A DNA stretch of 64,000 nt. Origin: Pelagibacteraceae bacterium AG-426-I15. GTDB lineage: Bacteria > Pseudomonadota > Alphaproteobacteria > Pelagibacterales > Pelagibacteraceae. The notes beneath the pieces are model-generated. The model did no database searches and was not told the DNA's origin. It saw only the letters and a list, made by a program, of their open reading frames with translations. The stretch spans positions 12,956 through 76,955 of the forward strand of contig QCNT01000004.1 of the NCBI GenBank assembly GCA_003213135.1, given 5' to 3'. Of this stretch, positions 48,185 to 59,503 are shown piece after piece (the stretch's first letter is position 1; the number at the start of each line of letters is the position of its first letter). Made by a program: the position numbers and the translations under genes.

Positions 48185-49266
48185 TTAAATATTTTATATT
48201 TTTTAATATCATATCTAATATAATGAATTAATTCTCTAGCATATGAAAAGCTGGTGCCAATTAAAATCACAACAATTATAGAAATGAAACCATAAACAAT
48301 AGGATAATTGTTAGATAAGTCGAAAACTATTTCTCCTAATCTATTATCAATTACTCCAGATTTGCTTTGTATAAACAAACTATCCTCCAATACAAAAGTT
48401 TCAACTCCCATAATTAAACCTATTGATAATAGAAGAATTGCTAAAAGAGTTTTATATTCTGATGCATTCAGTTTTTCACTCACTTTAAGACCAATATGTA
48501 AACCTACTATAGAACCAAAGATTAATGTTAAGACTAAAACAAAATCTATTGTTTGAAACTGAATGGCATGGCCTATAACCACAAGTGCAGTTATGAAAAT
48601 TGTAACAAAAAGCGAAGTTCCAGGAACCAGTTTTGTTGGCATACCAATTATATAAATCATTGCAGGAACCATTAAAAAAGCTCCGCCGACTCCCATAATA
48701 GTTGCAAAAATTCCGACTATTAAGCCTAACATCATTGGCACAATAGCGCTTTCATAAAGCCTTGATTTATGAAATCTCATTCTAAAAGGTAAACCATGTA
48801 TCCAATAGTGATCATGAATTTTTCTTTTAACAACTATTTTTTTCCTTATGTTTATAAGTTCTTTAGCGCTTCTGGCGAACATTAAGGTACCGACAATTAC
48901 CAACATATATACATAAGCAAGTGCAATTATATTATTTATAATTCCAATTTTTTTTAAGTAATAAAAAATAATCATTCCAATAAATGTTCCTACTACACCC
49001 CCGCATACAATTACTATTCCCATTTTGTAATCAAGCGTTTTTCTAAACCAATGGGTTAAGGCTCCCGAAACAGATGTGCCTAAAATATTGTTAGCTTCAT
49101 TTGCAACTGCAAACGCTGGAGGTATACCTAAAAATATTAATACTGGGGTCATTAAAAATCCCCCGCCAATTCCGAATAAACCTGAGATAAAACCAACAAG
49201 GAAACTTAAAAAGACAATTATACTTAAATCTATCTTGACTTGAGCAACTGGCAGGAAAAATTCCAT
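48181..49266 (-). CDS. TauE/SafE (DUF81) family anion exporter-like membrane protein
   Basis: Two repeated GIGGGFLMTP / GVGGAFLMVP motifs in a polytopic protein. Confidence 0.7.
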   Translation of the reverse strand: MEFFLPVAQVKIDLSIIVFLSFLVGFISGLFGIGGGFLMTPVLIFLGIPPAFAVANEANNILGTSVSGALTHWFRKTLDYKMGIVIVCGGVVGTFIGMIIFYYLKKIGIINNIIALAYVYMLVIVGTLMFARSAKELINIRKKIVVKRKIHDHYWIHGLPFRMRFHKSRLYESAIVPMMLGLIVGIFATIMGVGGAFLMVPAMIYIIGMPTKLVPGTSLFVTIFITALVVIGHAIQFQTIDFVLVLTLIFGSIVGLHIGLKVSEKLNASEYKTLLAILLLSIGLIMGVETFVLEDSLFIQSKSGVIDNRLGEIVFDLSNNYPIVYGFISIIVVILIGTSFSYARELIHYIRYDIKKYKIFN

Positions 49267-49360
49267 TTAATCTAATATTCTCTGCGCGAAATATTGTCAA
49301 TAGGTATATATTATCTTGATTAAATGATAATCAGGGCTTATATAACAGTCGGAGATTTTT

Positions 49361-49636
49361 ATGACAAGAATTTGTGAACTAACAGGAAAAAAGCCCCTCA
49401 AAGGACACAAGGTTAGTCACGCTAACAATAAAACTAAAAGAAGGTTTCTTCCCGGTATTAAAAAAGTTACTTTTAAAAGCGATTTTTTGAAAAAAAACAT
49501 TAGTTTGAACGTTTCAAATGCTGCTTTACGAACAGTAGATTTCAAAGGTGGTATTGATAAATTTCTAAAAAAAGCAAAGTCCCATCAACTTTCTAAAAAA
49601 GCAAAAAAAATAAGAAATAATATTTTAACAAAGTAA
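49361..49636 (+). CDS. rpmB: 50S ribosomal protein L28
   Basis: [29 protein letters not shown] signature. Confidence 0.93.
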   Translation: MTRICELTGKKPLKGHKVSHANNKTKRRFLPGIKKVTFKSDFLKKNISLNVSNAALRTVDFKGGIDKFLKKAKSHQLSKKAKKIRNNILTK

Positions 49637-49637
49637 A

Positions 49638-50225
49638 ATGTATAAAAATTATCTAAGCTTATTTGGCACTTTAGCTATAGCGATGGCATTGTTGGTAACA
49701 GTTTCTAATTTTTTAGTTCAATATCCTGTCAATTATTTTAATCTAAACGAGATATTGACTTATGGAGCCTTTACTTATCCAATTACATTTTTAATTACAG
49801 ATTTAGCCAATAGAAGCTATGGTTTAAAAAATGCAAGAAAAATAGTTTATATAGGTTTCTTTTTAGGTATTTTACTAACCTTATTCTTTTCAACAAATTT
49901 CGATGATTTAATTTCTATAAGAATTGCTTTTGGTTCAGGCGTAGCCTTTATTGTTGCCCAACTTTTAGACGTAAAAATTTTTGATAATTTAAGAAAAAAA
50001 ACTTGGTACATTGCACCGCTAACATCATCATTTTTCGGCTCACTCGTTGATACTATTTTATTTTTTTTTATATCTTTTTATAAAACTGGAATACCATGGA
50101 CCACGTTAGCAATTGGTGATTTTTCAGTTAAACTTTTGATTGCTCTTTTAATGCTGATACCTTTTAGATATTTGTTAGGAATATTTAAAGACAATTCAAA
50201 GGTATATTTTAAACAATACAATTAA
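49638..50225 (+). CDS. yhhQ: Queuosine-precursor transporter, YhhQ/VUT (DUF165) family
   Basis: YPITFLITDL...YG and AQLLDV.IF motifs, with 6 TM helices. Confidence 0.75.
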   Translation: MYKNYLSLFGTLAIAMALLVTVSNFLVQYPVNYFNLNEILTYGAFTYPITFLITDLANRSYGLKNARKIVYIGFFLGILLTLFFSTNFDDLISIRIAFGSGVAFIVAQLLDVKIFDNLRKKTWYIAPLTSSFFGSLVDTILFFFISFYKTGIPWTTLAIGDFSVKLLIALLMLIPFRYLLGIFKDNSKVYFKQYN

Positions 50226-50228
50226 CTT

Positions 50229-52043
50229 TTAGTGCAAAGATTTTTTTTCTGAAAACAGATCACCTAACTGGTTTATCATTACGTCACCTAAATCTTGAAC
50301 ATCTGTAATTTTCACTGCCCTATTATAATATCTTGTTACGTCGTGCCCAATTCCAATAGCGACCACCTCTATTGATGACATTTTTTCAATGAATTTGACT
50401 GTATTTTTTAAGTCATTTTCTAGATAATCACTAGAATTAGTAGACAAAGTCGAATCATCAACTGGCGCACCATCAGATATTATCATTAAAATTTTTCTTT
50501 CTTCTTTTCTTTTTTTCATTTTATTATAAGCCCATCGCAAAGCTTCTCCGTCAATATTTTCCTTTAACAGACCTTCTTTGAGCATAAGGCCCATATTTTT
50601 TTTTATTTGCCTCCAAGGAACATCTGCAGATTTATAAATTATGTGTCTCAAATCATTTAGTCTACCAGGATTTTTAGGCTTGCCGTTTGCATTCCAAACT
50701 TCTCGACTTGATCCACCTTTCCAGTGTTTTGTTGTAAAACCAAGTATTTCAACTTTGACAGAACATTTTTCCAAAGTTCTTGATAAAATATCAGCGCATA
50801 TTGCTGCAACAGAGATAGGTTTTCCTCTCATTGATCCAGAGTTATCTATTAATATTGTAACAAGAGTATCCTTAAATTCAGCGTCCTTTTCTTTTTTAAA
50901 TGATAATGAATTAAAAGGGTCCATTATAACTCTTGTTAATTTAGACGTGTCAAGGGTACCCTCTTCCAAATCAAATTCCCAGGATCTATTTTGTTTTGCG
51001 AGCAATTTTCTTTGTAACTTATTTGCTAATTTTGATATAAAGTTTTTTAATTGTAGCAATTGTTGATCTAATGAAGATCTTAATCTAATTAGCTCTTCCT
51101 CGTTTTCAAGATCTTCGGCTTTGCTAAACTCATCGAATTTATTTGTAAAGACTTTATACTTAATTTTATTATTATAAAATTTTTTCCCCACTTGTTTTTT
51201 TGAAACTCCATTCTCATCCTCTACCTCTTGAAATTTATCCTCATTACTATTCTTTTCACTTAAATGATTATCCTCTGGAAGGTCTGCATTTATATTCAAT
51301 TCTTGTTCGTCTTTATCTTTATCGGTTTTTCCCTCTTTTTTATCATTATCTTCTTGCTTATCTATATTTTCATATCTTTCCTTGTTAGAGCCATCATCAT
51401 TTTCACTTTTTTCTTCATCAATATTAATATCCGATATTATTTTTGCAATTACTTGATTAAAAACTTTTTGATTTTTAAGATTATTCTTAAGCAAATTAAC
51501 GTCTTGAAGAAATTTTTTATCCCAAAGTTTTTTTAATTTTTTTATTTGAGGAGAAATTTTTTTATTATCTTTAAAGTCAAAAAAAATATTTCTCAAATAA
51601 GCATCAAAATTTTTTTCGATTAAAACTTCCTTCTTTTCTTTTTTTGAATTATCTGAAATTCTCAGACTTTTATAAATAGTTTTAAAAGCATATGAAATAT
51701 TTTTTTCTATACCTTTAAATTCATCACTACCAATTCTTTCATATCTTATTTTTTCAGCAACATTATATAGCTTATTGGCAATTTCACCTTCGGGTTTATA
51801 TAATTCTAGCACTTCTTTATTGCTATATTTTAATCTGAGCGCTTCCGAATCGGCTTTTGCTCTAATATTCGTGGCATCCTCTAAATTTTCCAGCTTTTTT
51901 AAATCAGGTAGATTTATACTATTTTCTGAAACATTTTCGGCGTTACCAAATTTAATATCATAATCTTTTTTTTTGGAAATTGACTTTATTGTTGAAATTA
52001 AAGCACGTTTAAAGTCCTCTAAAAGATTTTCCTCTTTTTTCAT
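50229..52043 (-). CDS. cobT: CobT-like protein (acidic low-complexity linker + C-terminal von Willebrand A domain)
   Basis: CobT-like N-terminal region, a D/E/K-rich insert, and [11 protein letters not shown] (MIDAS) in the C-terminal VWA domain. It is paired with a CobS-like ATPase. Confidence 0.8.
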   Translation of the reverse strand: MKKEENLLEDFKRALISTIKSISKKKDYDIKFGNAENVSENSINLPDLKKLENLEDATNIRAKADSEALRLKYSNKEVLELYKPEGEIANKLYNVAEKIRYERIGSDEFKGIEKNISYAFKTIYKSLRISDNSKKEKKEVLIEKNFDAYLRNIFFDFKDNKKISPQIKKLKKLWDKKFLQDVNLLKNNLKNQKVFNQVIAKIISDINIDEEKSENDDGSNKERYENIDKQEDNDKKEGKTDKDKDEQELNINADLPEDNHLSEKNSNEDKFQEVEDENGVSKKQVGKKFYNNKIKYKVFTNKFDEFSKAEDLENEEELIRLRSSLDQQLLQLKNFISKLANKLQRKLLAKQNRSWEFDLEEGTLDTSKLTRVIMDPFNSLSFKKEKDAEFKDTLVTILIDNSGSMRGKPISVAAICADILSRTLEKCSVKVEILGFTTKHWKGGSSREVWNANGKPKNPGRLNDLRHIIYKSADVPWRQIKKNMGLMLKEGLLKENIDGEALRWAYNKMKKRKEERKILMIISDGAPVDDSTLSTNSSDYLENDLKNTVKFIEKMSSIEVVAIGIGHDVTRYYNRAVKITDVQDLGDVMINQLGDLFSEKKSLH

Positions 52044-52049
52044 CTCTAA

Positions 52050-53030
52050 TCAAGTGATTTTTACATTAACCGATGACTCTGGCAGCTCTTCGCCAAAGCA
52101 TCTTTGATAATATTCAGCAATTATTTTTCTCTCAAGTTCATCACACTTATTTAAAAAAGTTAATCTAAATGCAAAACCTACATCTTTAAAAATTTCAGAA
52201 TTTTCAGCCCAATGTATAACAGTTCTAGGACTCATAACTGTAGAGATATCTCCATTAATAAAACCATTTCTTGTTAAATCAGCTACCTTGATCATATTAG
52301 AAACTTTTTCTTTGCCCTCTCTATTATTTAAAGCTTTGTTTTTTGCTAAAACGATTTCTAATTCTTTATCAAATTTTAAATAATTTAATGTTGCTACAAT
52401 ATTCCATCTATCCATTTGACCTTGGTTAATTTGTTGTGTTCCATGATAAAGACCAGTGGTATCTCCCAAACCAACAGTATTTGTCGTAGCAAACATTCTG
52501 AAAAATTTATTTTGTTCTAAAACTTTATTTTTATCCAATAAAGTAAACTTTCCGTCACTTTCAAGAATTCTCTGAATTACAAACATAACGTCTGGTCTGC
52601 CTGCATCATATTCATCAAAAACTAACGCAATAGGGTTTTGAATAGACCATGGTAAAATTCCTTCTTTAAATTCTGTTACTTGTTTTCCATCTTTTATAAT
52701 AATTGAGTCTTTGCCAATTAAATCTATCCTGCTTATATGACTATCAAGGTTAACCCTAATGCATGGCCAATTTAATCTTGCCGCGACTTGCTCAATATGA
52801 GTTGATTTTCCTGTGCCATGGTAGCCTTGTATTAAAACTCTTTTATTAAATGAGAAACCAGACAAGACAGCCAATGTGGTATCCCTATCAAATTTATAAT
52901 GACTATCAATTTTTGGGACAAATTCATTTTTCTTAGAAAATGCGTCTACTTCCATATTTGTATCTAAACCAAATGTTTGTTTAACTGATATTTTTATATC
53001 TGGTTTTTGAGTTTCTAAATTTGTGTTCAT
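52050..53030 (-). CDS. cobS: CobS-like AAA+ (MoxR-class) ATPase
   Basis: [13 protein letters not shown] Walker A and LVFDEYD Walker B, at the ~326 aa typical of CobS. Confidence 0.82.
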   Translation of the reverse strand: MNTNLETQKPDIKISVKQTFGLDTNMEVDAFSKKNEFVPKIDSHYKFDRDTTLAVLSGFSFNKRVLIQGYHGTGKSTHIEQVAARLNWPCIRVNLDSHISRIDLIGKDSIIIKDGKQVTEFKEGILPWSIQNPIALVFDEYDAGRPDVMFVIQRILESDGKFTLLDKNKVLEQNKFFRMFATTNTVGLGDTTGLYHGTQQINQGQMDRWNIVATLNYLKFDKELEIVLAKNKALNNREGKEKVSNMIKVADLTRNGFINGDISTVMSPRTVIHWAENSEIFKDVGFAFRLTFLNKCDELERKIIAEYYQRCFGEELPESSVNVKIT

Positions 53031-53545
53031 TTTGTTTTTTCCATACTTAGTCTAAGCTGGCTGTAAGCCAAAGTGATTTTTTTTAATAAATCTTCATATT
53101 TTTTATTACCTTGATTTTTATCAGGATGATACTTCTTTACAAGGGTTTTAAATTTTTTTTGAATATCGGGCCATTTTGTCTCCTCTCTTAGACCCAAAAC
53201 TTGTAGTGCGTGCCTATCTTTTTCAGAAAATCGTGATTTTTTAAAACCTTTAAAGTTTGAATTAATAAAAAAACTGGTTTTATCGTCTAGTGTATTTTGC
53301 CATAATATCTTAAAAAAATTTTCTGAAGAGCTAAAACTTTTTGTAGGTTTGTGCCAAGTAATATCGGACTTAATAAAATGTTCAATTTCAGTTTCGTTCA
53401 TATCTGAGAAATAATTCCAACTTTTATTAAATAATTTAATATGTTCAAGACAAAGAAGTCTGAATTTTTTACTATTATCTTTCTCTATCGGCGCTTTATA
53501 TAATCCGATTTCTTTACATTTTCCCCAATCACAAATATTTTTCAT
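53027..53545 (-). CDS. J-domain protein (C-terminal DnaJ domain)
   Basis: [22 protein letters not shown] contains the HPD motif. The N-terminal Cys/His-containing region is uncharacterised. Confidence 0.75.
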   Translation of the reverse strand: MKNICDWGKCKEIGLYKAPIEKDNSKKFRLLCLEHIKLFNKSWNYFSDMNETEIEHFIKSDITWHKPTKSFSSSENFFKILWQNTLDDKTSFFINSNFKGFKKSRFSEKDRHALQVLGLREETKWPDIQKKFKTLVKKYHPDKNQGNKKYEDLLKKITLAYSQLRLSMEKTK

Positions 53546-53580
53546 AAAAAGTGATCATTATATAGTAGAATTATATTTTT

Positions 53581-53835
53581 ATGAAAAATTTTATTAAAGA
53601 TTTAGAGGATAAATTAAAAAAAAATATCCAATTAAGCAAAATTGAAATAATAGACAATACCCATTTACACAGAACACATAAGTATTTTAAAAAAGGAAAA
53701 TATCATATTAGTTTAATAATTACATCAGAAGAGCTTAGGCTGTTAAATAAGATTTCAGCTCATAAAAAAATAATGAAGGTTTTATCGGTCGAGATTAAAA
53801 ATAAAATACACGCTTTAGAAATTAAAATTAAATAA
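53581..53835 (+). CDS. bolA: BolA-family protein
   Basis: 84 aa with D.T..H......HF.. and ..R..H..I...L...IHAL-type motifs (IDNTHLHRTHKYF, ISAHKKIMKVL, IHALEIK). Confidence 0.8.
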   Translation: MKNFIKDLEDKLKKNIQLSKIEIIDNTHLHRTHKYFKKGKYHISLIITSEELRLLNKISAHKKIMKVLSVEIKNKIHALEIKIK

Positions 53836-54937
53836 TCTTTTTAATTAACAAATTCATTTTTTTAGGACTAAGCTTAACTGCATTTGGTCTCGTTGTTTTC
53901 CCAATATTTTTTAAAAGAATTAAGTTTATACGAGAGTCTTTGTTCTTTTTATCACTTTTCATATGTTCAACAATTCTATTTAACTTTTTGTTTAAAGAAT
54001 ATTTTTTTAAACTATTTGGCAAATTATTTATTTTATAAAAATTAATAATTTTATTTAATGTCGAAATAGAGCATATTTTTTTATGAAATGATAATTTAGT
54101 TGCTAGAAGCATTCCAATTAGTACAGCTTCACCATGATTAACTTTTTTTGAGAAATTACTCGCCGCTTCTATTCCATGTGCAAAGGTATGACCAAAGTTT
54201 AATATTGCCCTATCACCCTTCTCTCTTTCATCTCTTGTGACAAAGGAAATTTTAATTTTACAGCTTTTTAATATTGCAGAATTTATAATTAAATTATTTC
54301 TTTGTTCTATAATTTTTTTTGTATTTTTCTCGATCCAATTAAAAAATTTTTTATCACTTATAAAAGCATGTTTTAAAATTTCTGCAAAACCACAAATCAT
54401 TTCTCTTTTTGGCAGCGACTTTAAAAAACTCAATTCACTTATAACTAACTTAGGTTGATAAAATGTACCAATTAAATTTTTTCCTTTAGAAGAATTAATT
54501 CCAGTTTTACCACCTATAGACGCATCAACTTGCGATAAAAATGTTGAGGGTAAATTTATAAAGTTTACACCTCTCTTTAAAATACTAGCAACAAAACCTG
54601 CAAAATCACCGATTACCCCACCTCCAATTGCTACAATTAAATCATTTCTATTAAAGTTTTTTTTAATTAGCTCTTCATTTAATTGATTAACATTTTTAAA
54701 AGATTTTAGTTTTTCATCTACAAAAAATTGGTAAGTGTGAACTTCATAATTTGAAACTTGTTGTTTAACCTTAGTCTTTAATTTATTTGGTATTCTTTTA
54801 TCAAAAATTAAAGCTACTTTTTTTGTTTCTGGACAAACCAAACCAATCTGCTTTCTAAGGAGCTTAATTGCTCCAAGGCCTATAAAGATAGAATATTTAG
54901 CACTGTTGTTTTTAAAATTTGTTTTAGATATTTTCAT
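53828..54937 (-). CDS. aroB: 3-dehydroquinate synthase
   Basis: GGGVIGDFAGFVA, DASIGGKTGIN and LNFGHTFAHGIE motifs. Confidence 0.93.
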   Translation of the reverse strand: MKISKTNFKNNSAKYSIFIGLGAIKLLRKQIGLVCPETKKVALIFDKRIPNKLKTKVKQQVSNYEVHTYQFFVDEKLKSFKNVNQLNEELIKKNFNRNDLIVAIGGGVIGDFAGFVASILKRGVNFINLPSTFLSQVDASIGGKTGINSSKGKNLIGTFYQPKLVISELSFLKSLPKREMICGFAEILKHAFISDKKFFNWIEKNTKKIIEQRNNLIINSAILKSCKIKISFVTRDEREKGDRAILNFGHTFAHGIEAASNFSKKVNHGEAVLIGMLLATKLSFHKKICSISTLNKIINFYKINNLPNSLKKYSLNKKLNRIVEHMKSDKKNKDSRINLILLKNIGKTTRPNAVKLSPKKMNLLIKKII

Positions 54938-55433
54938 AAATTTTTTCTATTTCACTAGATATATCTTCAATTTTTTTCAAATTACAATCTAATTTATAAT
55001 CTGCTAATGCATATATTTTTTTTCTGTTTAAGTAAATATTTTCTACATCTTTTTTTGAATCAGTATTTTTTAAAAGCGGTCTATTCTTATTTTTTTTGAT
55101 TCTTTCAAAAATTTTATCTGGAGCCAAATCTAACCAAATAGAAAAACAAGTTTTTTTAATTTGTTCTCTCAAATTATTATTTATAAAAGTTCCGCCACCC
55201 AAAGCTATTATTTTGCCATTATCTTTTATTATTTTTAAACATTCACTCTCCTCAATACTCCTAAAGTAAGCCTCCCCCTTTTTGTCAAAAATCTCATAAA
55301 TTTTCAGTGATTCTCTCATCTCAACTCTTTCGTCTAAATCTTCAAAAGGTTTTTCAAGACTTTTAGATAAAAGTCTACCAATAGTAGATTTTCCTACTCC
55401 CATCATTCCAATCAAAACAAGGTTTTTTTTCAA
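54924..55433 (-). CDS. aroK: Shikimate kinase
   Basis: LIGMMGVGKSTIGRLL Walker A and LGGG motif. It overlaps aroB. Confidence 0.9.
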   Translation of the reverse strand: MKKNLVLIGMMGVGKSTIGRLLSKSLEKPFEDLDERVEMRESLKIYEIFDKKGEAYFRSIEESECLKIIKDNGKIIALGGGTFINNNLREQIKKTCFSIWLDLAPDKIFERIKKNKNRPLLKNTDSKKDVENIYLNRKKIYALADYKLDCNLKKIEDISSEIEKIYENI

Positions 55434-55506
55434 TTTATGCCAAAAATTTTAATTTGATTAATCACAAATTTGTCTTAATTTCCGAGTTTAAATATATTTT
55501 TTAACT

Positions 55507-55689
55507 ATGCAACATAGATTAAACCCACTTAGAAAAAAAAACAGTTCTTTAACAAATACTTTGATAAAAGCGTTTATAATTCTTTCAATTCTCGGTTTTA
55601 TTTTTTACTTTTTAGAGAAAATTGAGCTGCCATCACCAAAAAAAGAAATTCAACAAGATGTTACCGACAAAATTATCAGAATTAAATAA
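55507..55689 (+). CDS. Hypothetical small single-TM protein
   Basis: The ORF has one central hydrophobic helix (AFIILSILGFIFYFL). No recognisable family. Confidence 0.35.
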   Translation: MQHRLNPLRKKNSSLTNTLIKAFIILSILGFIFYFLEKIELPSPKKEIQQDVTDKIIRIK

Positions 55690-57427
55690 AAATAATAAAG
55701 TATTAATATTTTTATTTTTACTTTTTTTTATTTTTCCAAAAGCATCAATTTCAAATGAGCCAGTTGATATTTGGAATAAAACTAATGATGTTAAAATTGA
55801 AAAAAAAGAAAATTTATCAAATCAAACTATCAAAGAGAATAAAATTAATTTTTCAAAAATTAAAAATAAAGAAATTGACGAAATCGAAATAACAGAAGAT
55901 GATCAAGAAAAAAACGCGGAAATAAAACTAGTAGGTCTTTATGATCCACAAGAAAATGATTTCAATTTGGACATGTGGGTTAATACGGACGGAGAAAATA
56001 TAAAGAATACATTCAAAAGAATTGACAAGATCAAGTTATCCTCATTTTCTGAGAAAATTTTCATAAATACAATGATGACGTATTCTTTCGCACCAAAAAA
56101 CAAGTTATCAGAAAACGAATTTTTAAAACTAAAATTAAATTGGTTAATTAAAAACAATAAAAATGATGTTATTGAAAATTTTTTAAATAATAATTTAGAA
56201 TTCAACGGAAAATCAAAATTGATAAAACATTTAGTAGATTATTATATTTCTTTAGGAGATATATCAGAAGGTTGCAAAAAATCGACTTTCATAAGCAAAG
56301 AAATTAAAGATAGTTACCTTGAAAAATTTAGAATTTATTGTCTAGTTTTAAACAAAAAAAATGAAGAAGCAATTTTAAACTTTGACCTATTAAGGGAACA
56401 GGGTAGATCAGACAAGTTTTTTGATAATAAAATTCTATTTTTGTTAGGAATAGAAAATAAATCTAGTAATAAAATTTCAGACAAAAACCTTTTAAATTTT
56501 TATCTTTCCTCAATTACAGTAGAAAATTTTAAATATGAACCGACACAAAAAACTGATAAGAACATATGGAAATATTTAACTGAGTCGAATTTAATCTCTA
56601 TAGACAAATTAGAAGATCCAGAAATAATAAAAAAATACGAAATCGCCGCAAGCCAAGGAAATTTTGATAAAGAAAAAATTTTTGAAATTTACCTTTCAGT
56701 TCCGTTTAATATTGGGCAATTGATTAATGCAAATACAGTCTATCAAAGTCTAGAAGGATATGAATCTAGAGCTCTGATATACCAAAAAATATTATTGTCA
56801 GATAATCTGAAAAATAAACTTGATCTATTATTTTTGCTTGAAAAATTATTCAAGAAGGATGGATTACAAGATATTTATTCTGAATTTTTAAGCAACAACT
56901 TGAAAGAAATATCTTCAGAGGATATTCCCGAAGAATACTTAAAAATTGTTGAAAAAAATATAATTATAGAAAAAAGTGATGAACTCGGCAAAATAAAATA
57001 TGACGATAAAATTTTGCACCGTTCAAAAGTTTTAAAAGTTTTTACTGAGCAAGAAGCAAACAAAGATAAGATTAACAAAGATCTTGATAAAATTTATAAA
57101 AAAATTAAAAAGAATAGAAAATATTTTTTTTCTATAAAAGATGTAATTCTTTTGGAATCTTTGTCATCAGATGGAATAAAGTTGCCAAAAGATCTCAATA
57201 TTGAAGAACTTTCCAAAAATTTGACAGTTCCATCAAATATCAATTCTCTTGTAGACAACGGTGAAATTGGAATGCTTATGTTTAAGCTAGTTGAGATAAT
57301 TGGAAGTGATGATATAGAAAATTTAGATCCAGAAACATTGTATTTCATTATAAACGTTTTAAACAAAGCACAAATTAAAAAGGTCAGAAATCAAATTCTT
57401 AATCTCACACTACCTTTAAGAGTGTAA
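55658..57427 (+). CDS. Hypothetical exported protein (~589 aa, N/K/E-rich, helical-repeat-like)
   Basis: ATG at 55658 gives a plausible signal peptide (VLIFLFLLFFIFPKASIS). The ORF-track TTG at 55622 is less likely. No family recognised. Confidence 0.55.
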   Translation: MLPTKLSELNKNNKVLIFLFLLFFIFPKASISNEPVDIWNKTNDVKIEKKENLSNQTIKENKINFSKIKNKEIDEIEITEDDQEKNAEIKLVGLYDPQENDFNLDMWVNTDGENIKNTFKRIDKIKLSSFSEKIFINTMMTYSFAPKNKLSENEFLKLKLNWLIKNNKNDVIENFLNNNLEFNGKSKLIKHLVDYYISLGDISEGCKKSTFISKEIKDSYLEKFRIYCLVLNKKNEEAILNFDLLREQGRSDKFFDNKILFLLGIENKSSNKISDKNLLNFYLSSITVENFKYEPTQKTDKNIWKYLTESNLISIDKLEDPEIIKKYEIAASQGNFDKEKIFEIYLSVPFNIGQLINANTVYQSLEGYESRALIYQKILLSDNLKNKLDLLFLLEKLFKKDGLQDIYSEFLSNNLKEISSEDIPEEYLKIVEKNIIIEKSDELGKIKYDDKILHRSKVLKVFTEQEANKDKINKDLDKIYKKIKKNRKYFFSIKDVILLESLSSDGIKLPKDLNIEELSKNLTVPSNINSLVDNGEIGMLMFKLVEIIGSDDIENLDPETLYFIINVLNKAQIKKVRNQILNLTLPLRV

Positions 57428-57445
57428 TTATAATATAAATTTAAA

Positions 57446-57970
57446 ATGACAGTAAGAAAGATTTTAACATTACCAGATCCAGTATTACGAAAGAAATCTG
57501 ACAAGATAAATAAAATTGATTCCAATATTAAAAGTTTAATGGATGATATGCTTGAAACAATGTACGCCGCTCCTGGAATCGGTTTAGCAGCAATTCAAAT
57601 TGGTGTTCCAAAAAGAGTTGTCGTAATTGATTTATCAAAAGAGACAGAAAAAAAAACTCCAATATATTTTATCAATCCGGAAATTACTTGGAAATCAAAC
57701 TCGAACTCTTCTTACGAGGAGGGTTGTCTTTCAATTCCAAATCAATTTGCAAAAATTGAGAGAGCAGAGCAATGCAAAGTAAGATATCTTGATTACAATG
57801 GTAACAAAAAAGAGATAAAAGCCGAAGGTTTATTGTCAACATGCATTCAACATGAAATTGACCACTTAAATGGAATTTTATTTATAGATTATTTATCAAA
57901 ACTAAAAAAAGATATAATTTTAAAAAAAATTTCAAAAAATAATAAAGAACTAGAAAGAGTTATAGTATAA
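57446..57970 (+). CDS. def: Peptide deformylase
   Basis: GIGLAA.Q, EGCLSIP and QHEIDHLNG motifs. Confidence 0.95.
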   Translation: MTVRKILTLPDPVLRKKSDKINKIDSNIKSLMDDMLETMYAAPGIGLAAIQIGVPKRVVVIDLSKETEKKTPIYFINPEITWKSNSNSSYEEGCLSIPNQFAKIERAEQCKVRYLDYNGNKKEIKAEGLLSTCIQHEIDHLNGILFIDYLSKLKKDIILKKISKNNKELERVIV

Positions 57971-57982
57971 ATTTTAAACTTA

Positions 57983-58903
57983 ATGTCAAAAAAAATAGTT
58001 TTTATGGGAACGCCCGAGTTTGCAGTTCCATCCTTAAATGCACTAAAGAATAATAATTATAATATTTCGGTAGTTTATACGCAGCCCCCAAGTATAGCAA
58101 ATAGAGGAAAAAAATTAATAGAGTCAAAAATAGAAACTTTAGCAAAGAAATTTTCATTAAAAGTAAGAAATCCAAAAAAATTAGATAATGAAAACGAATA
58201 TAACTATTTTAAATCTATCGAACCAGATCTTGTAATTGTTGTTGCCTACGGCCAAATCATTCCAAAGAGATTTTTAACCGTTCCAAGGTTTGGTTTTATT
58301 AATGTACACGCATCTTTATTACCAAAATGGAGAGGAGCCGCTCCAATACAAAGATCAATCATGAATTTAGATAATGAATCAGGAATAAGCATTATGAAAA
58401 TAGCAGAGAAACTTGACGCCGGCCCAATAATGTATCAGGAAAAAATTAAAATTAATGAGAATATAAACTCTCAAATTTTGTCTAAACTCTTGTCCCAACT
58501 CGGGGCAAAATCAATGATTAGCGCTATAGATAAAATTGAAAAAGGGGAAGAAAATTTTGTAGAGCAAGATCATAGTATGGCAACTTACGCTAAAAAAATT
58601 TCTAAAAAAGAAGCACAAATTAATTGGAACGAAAGTTCAAGAAAAGTTTTAGCTCAAATAAACGGTTTAAATCCTAATCCTGGTGCATGGTTTAAGATTA
58701 ACAACAAAAGATACAAGGTTTGGAAGGCAAAAATTGTTAAAATCAAAGGACGTCCTGGCGAAATACTTAATGATAAATTAGTTATAGGCTGTGATGATTT
58801 TTCAATAAAAATTATTGAGATTCAAAAAGAAGGTAAAGACAAGCAGTCAATAGAAAAATTTTTACTTGGTAATAAAATAAAAAAAGGTTTAATTATTAGT
58901 TAA
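57983..58903 (+). CDS. fmt: Methionyl-tRNA formyltransferase
   Basis: IVFMGTPEFAVP, NVHASLLPKWRGAAPIQ motifs. Confidence 0.95.
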   Translation: MSKKIVFMGTPEFAVPSLNALKNNNYNISVVYTQPPSIANRGKKLIESKIETLAKKFSLKVRNPKKLDNENEYNYFKSIEPDLVIVVAYGQIIPKRFLTVPRFGFINVHASLLPKWRGAAPIQRSIMNLDNESGISIMKIAEKLDAGPIMYQEKIKINENINSQILSKLLSQLGAKSMISAIDKIEKGEENFVEQDHSMATYAKKISKKEAQINWNESSRKVLAQINGLNPNPGAWFKINNKRYKVWKAKIVKIKGRPGEILNDKLVIGCDDFSIKIIEIQKEGKDKQSIEKFLLGNKIKKGLIIS

Positions 58904-59458
58904 TTAAGGTTTTGTTAATGGATTGTCACTTTTGCTATTCATATAAAGCATAACAGAAGCTCTATCTTTTTCACTCTTTAAACCTGCGAATGCCATTTTA
59001 GTTCCTTTTATGTGAGCTTGAGGTTTTATTAAATACGCATTCATTTCATCATAAGACCAGGTTTTACTGTGAGCTATTAAAGCTTTGGAGTATTTATAAT
59101 CGGATATTGATGCTGATTTTCTACCCATAACACCATAAAGTGCAGGACCTATTTTATTTTTTCCACCTTTAGCTACTACGTGACATGCGCTACATTTTTT
59201 AAATACTTTTTGGCCATGTTCTACAGTGCCCATAGATAATAATTTTGCAATATCAACCGTGCTTGCATTGTTTGATGAACTTGAAACCTTAAGAACTGGA
59301 GCTTCAACAACATACGCTGGTTGAGCTGGTTTCTCTACGTAGAAAAGATAATCTGTGAATTTTCCAACTCCAAATACAAGTAAAACTCCAATAATAACTG
59401 CTGCTACTATTTTATTTATTTCAAAACCATCCATAAATTTGATAATTAGGTATAGCAC
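58904..59458 (-). CDS. Membrane-anchored class I cytochrome c (CycM-like)
   Basis: N-terminal TM anchor, CSACH haem-binding motif, GPALYGV and a distal M ligand region (KMAFAG). Confidence 0.85.
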   Translation of the reverse strand: MLYLIIKFMDGFEINKIVAAVIIGVLLVFGVGKFTDYLFYVEKPAQPAYVVEAPVLKVSSSSNNASTVDIAKLLSMGTVEHGQKVFKKCSACHVVAKGGKNKIGPALYGVMGRKSASISDYKYSKALIAHSKTWSYDEMNAYLIKPQAHIKGTKMAFAGLKSEKDRASVMLYMNSKSDNPLTKP

Positions 59459-59503
59459 GAGTTTATAAAAAAAACTTTAATTAAATTTACCCTTATTGCG
59501 TCT

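Noticed and set aside
50641-51536. + strand ORFs (141, 62 and 90 aa) and an apparently repetitive sequence inside the CobT-like gene.
   Set aside because: The region encodes the D/E/K-rich low-complexity linker typical of CobT. The ORFs are antisense shadows, and the repetitiveness is compositional rather than a repeat array.
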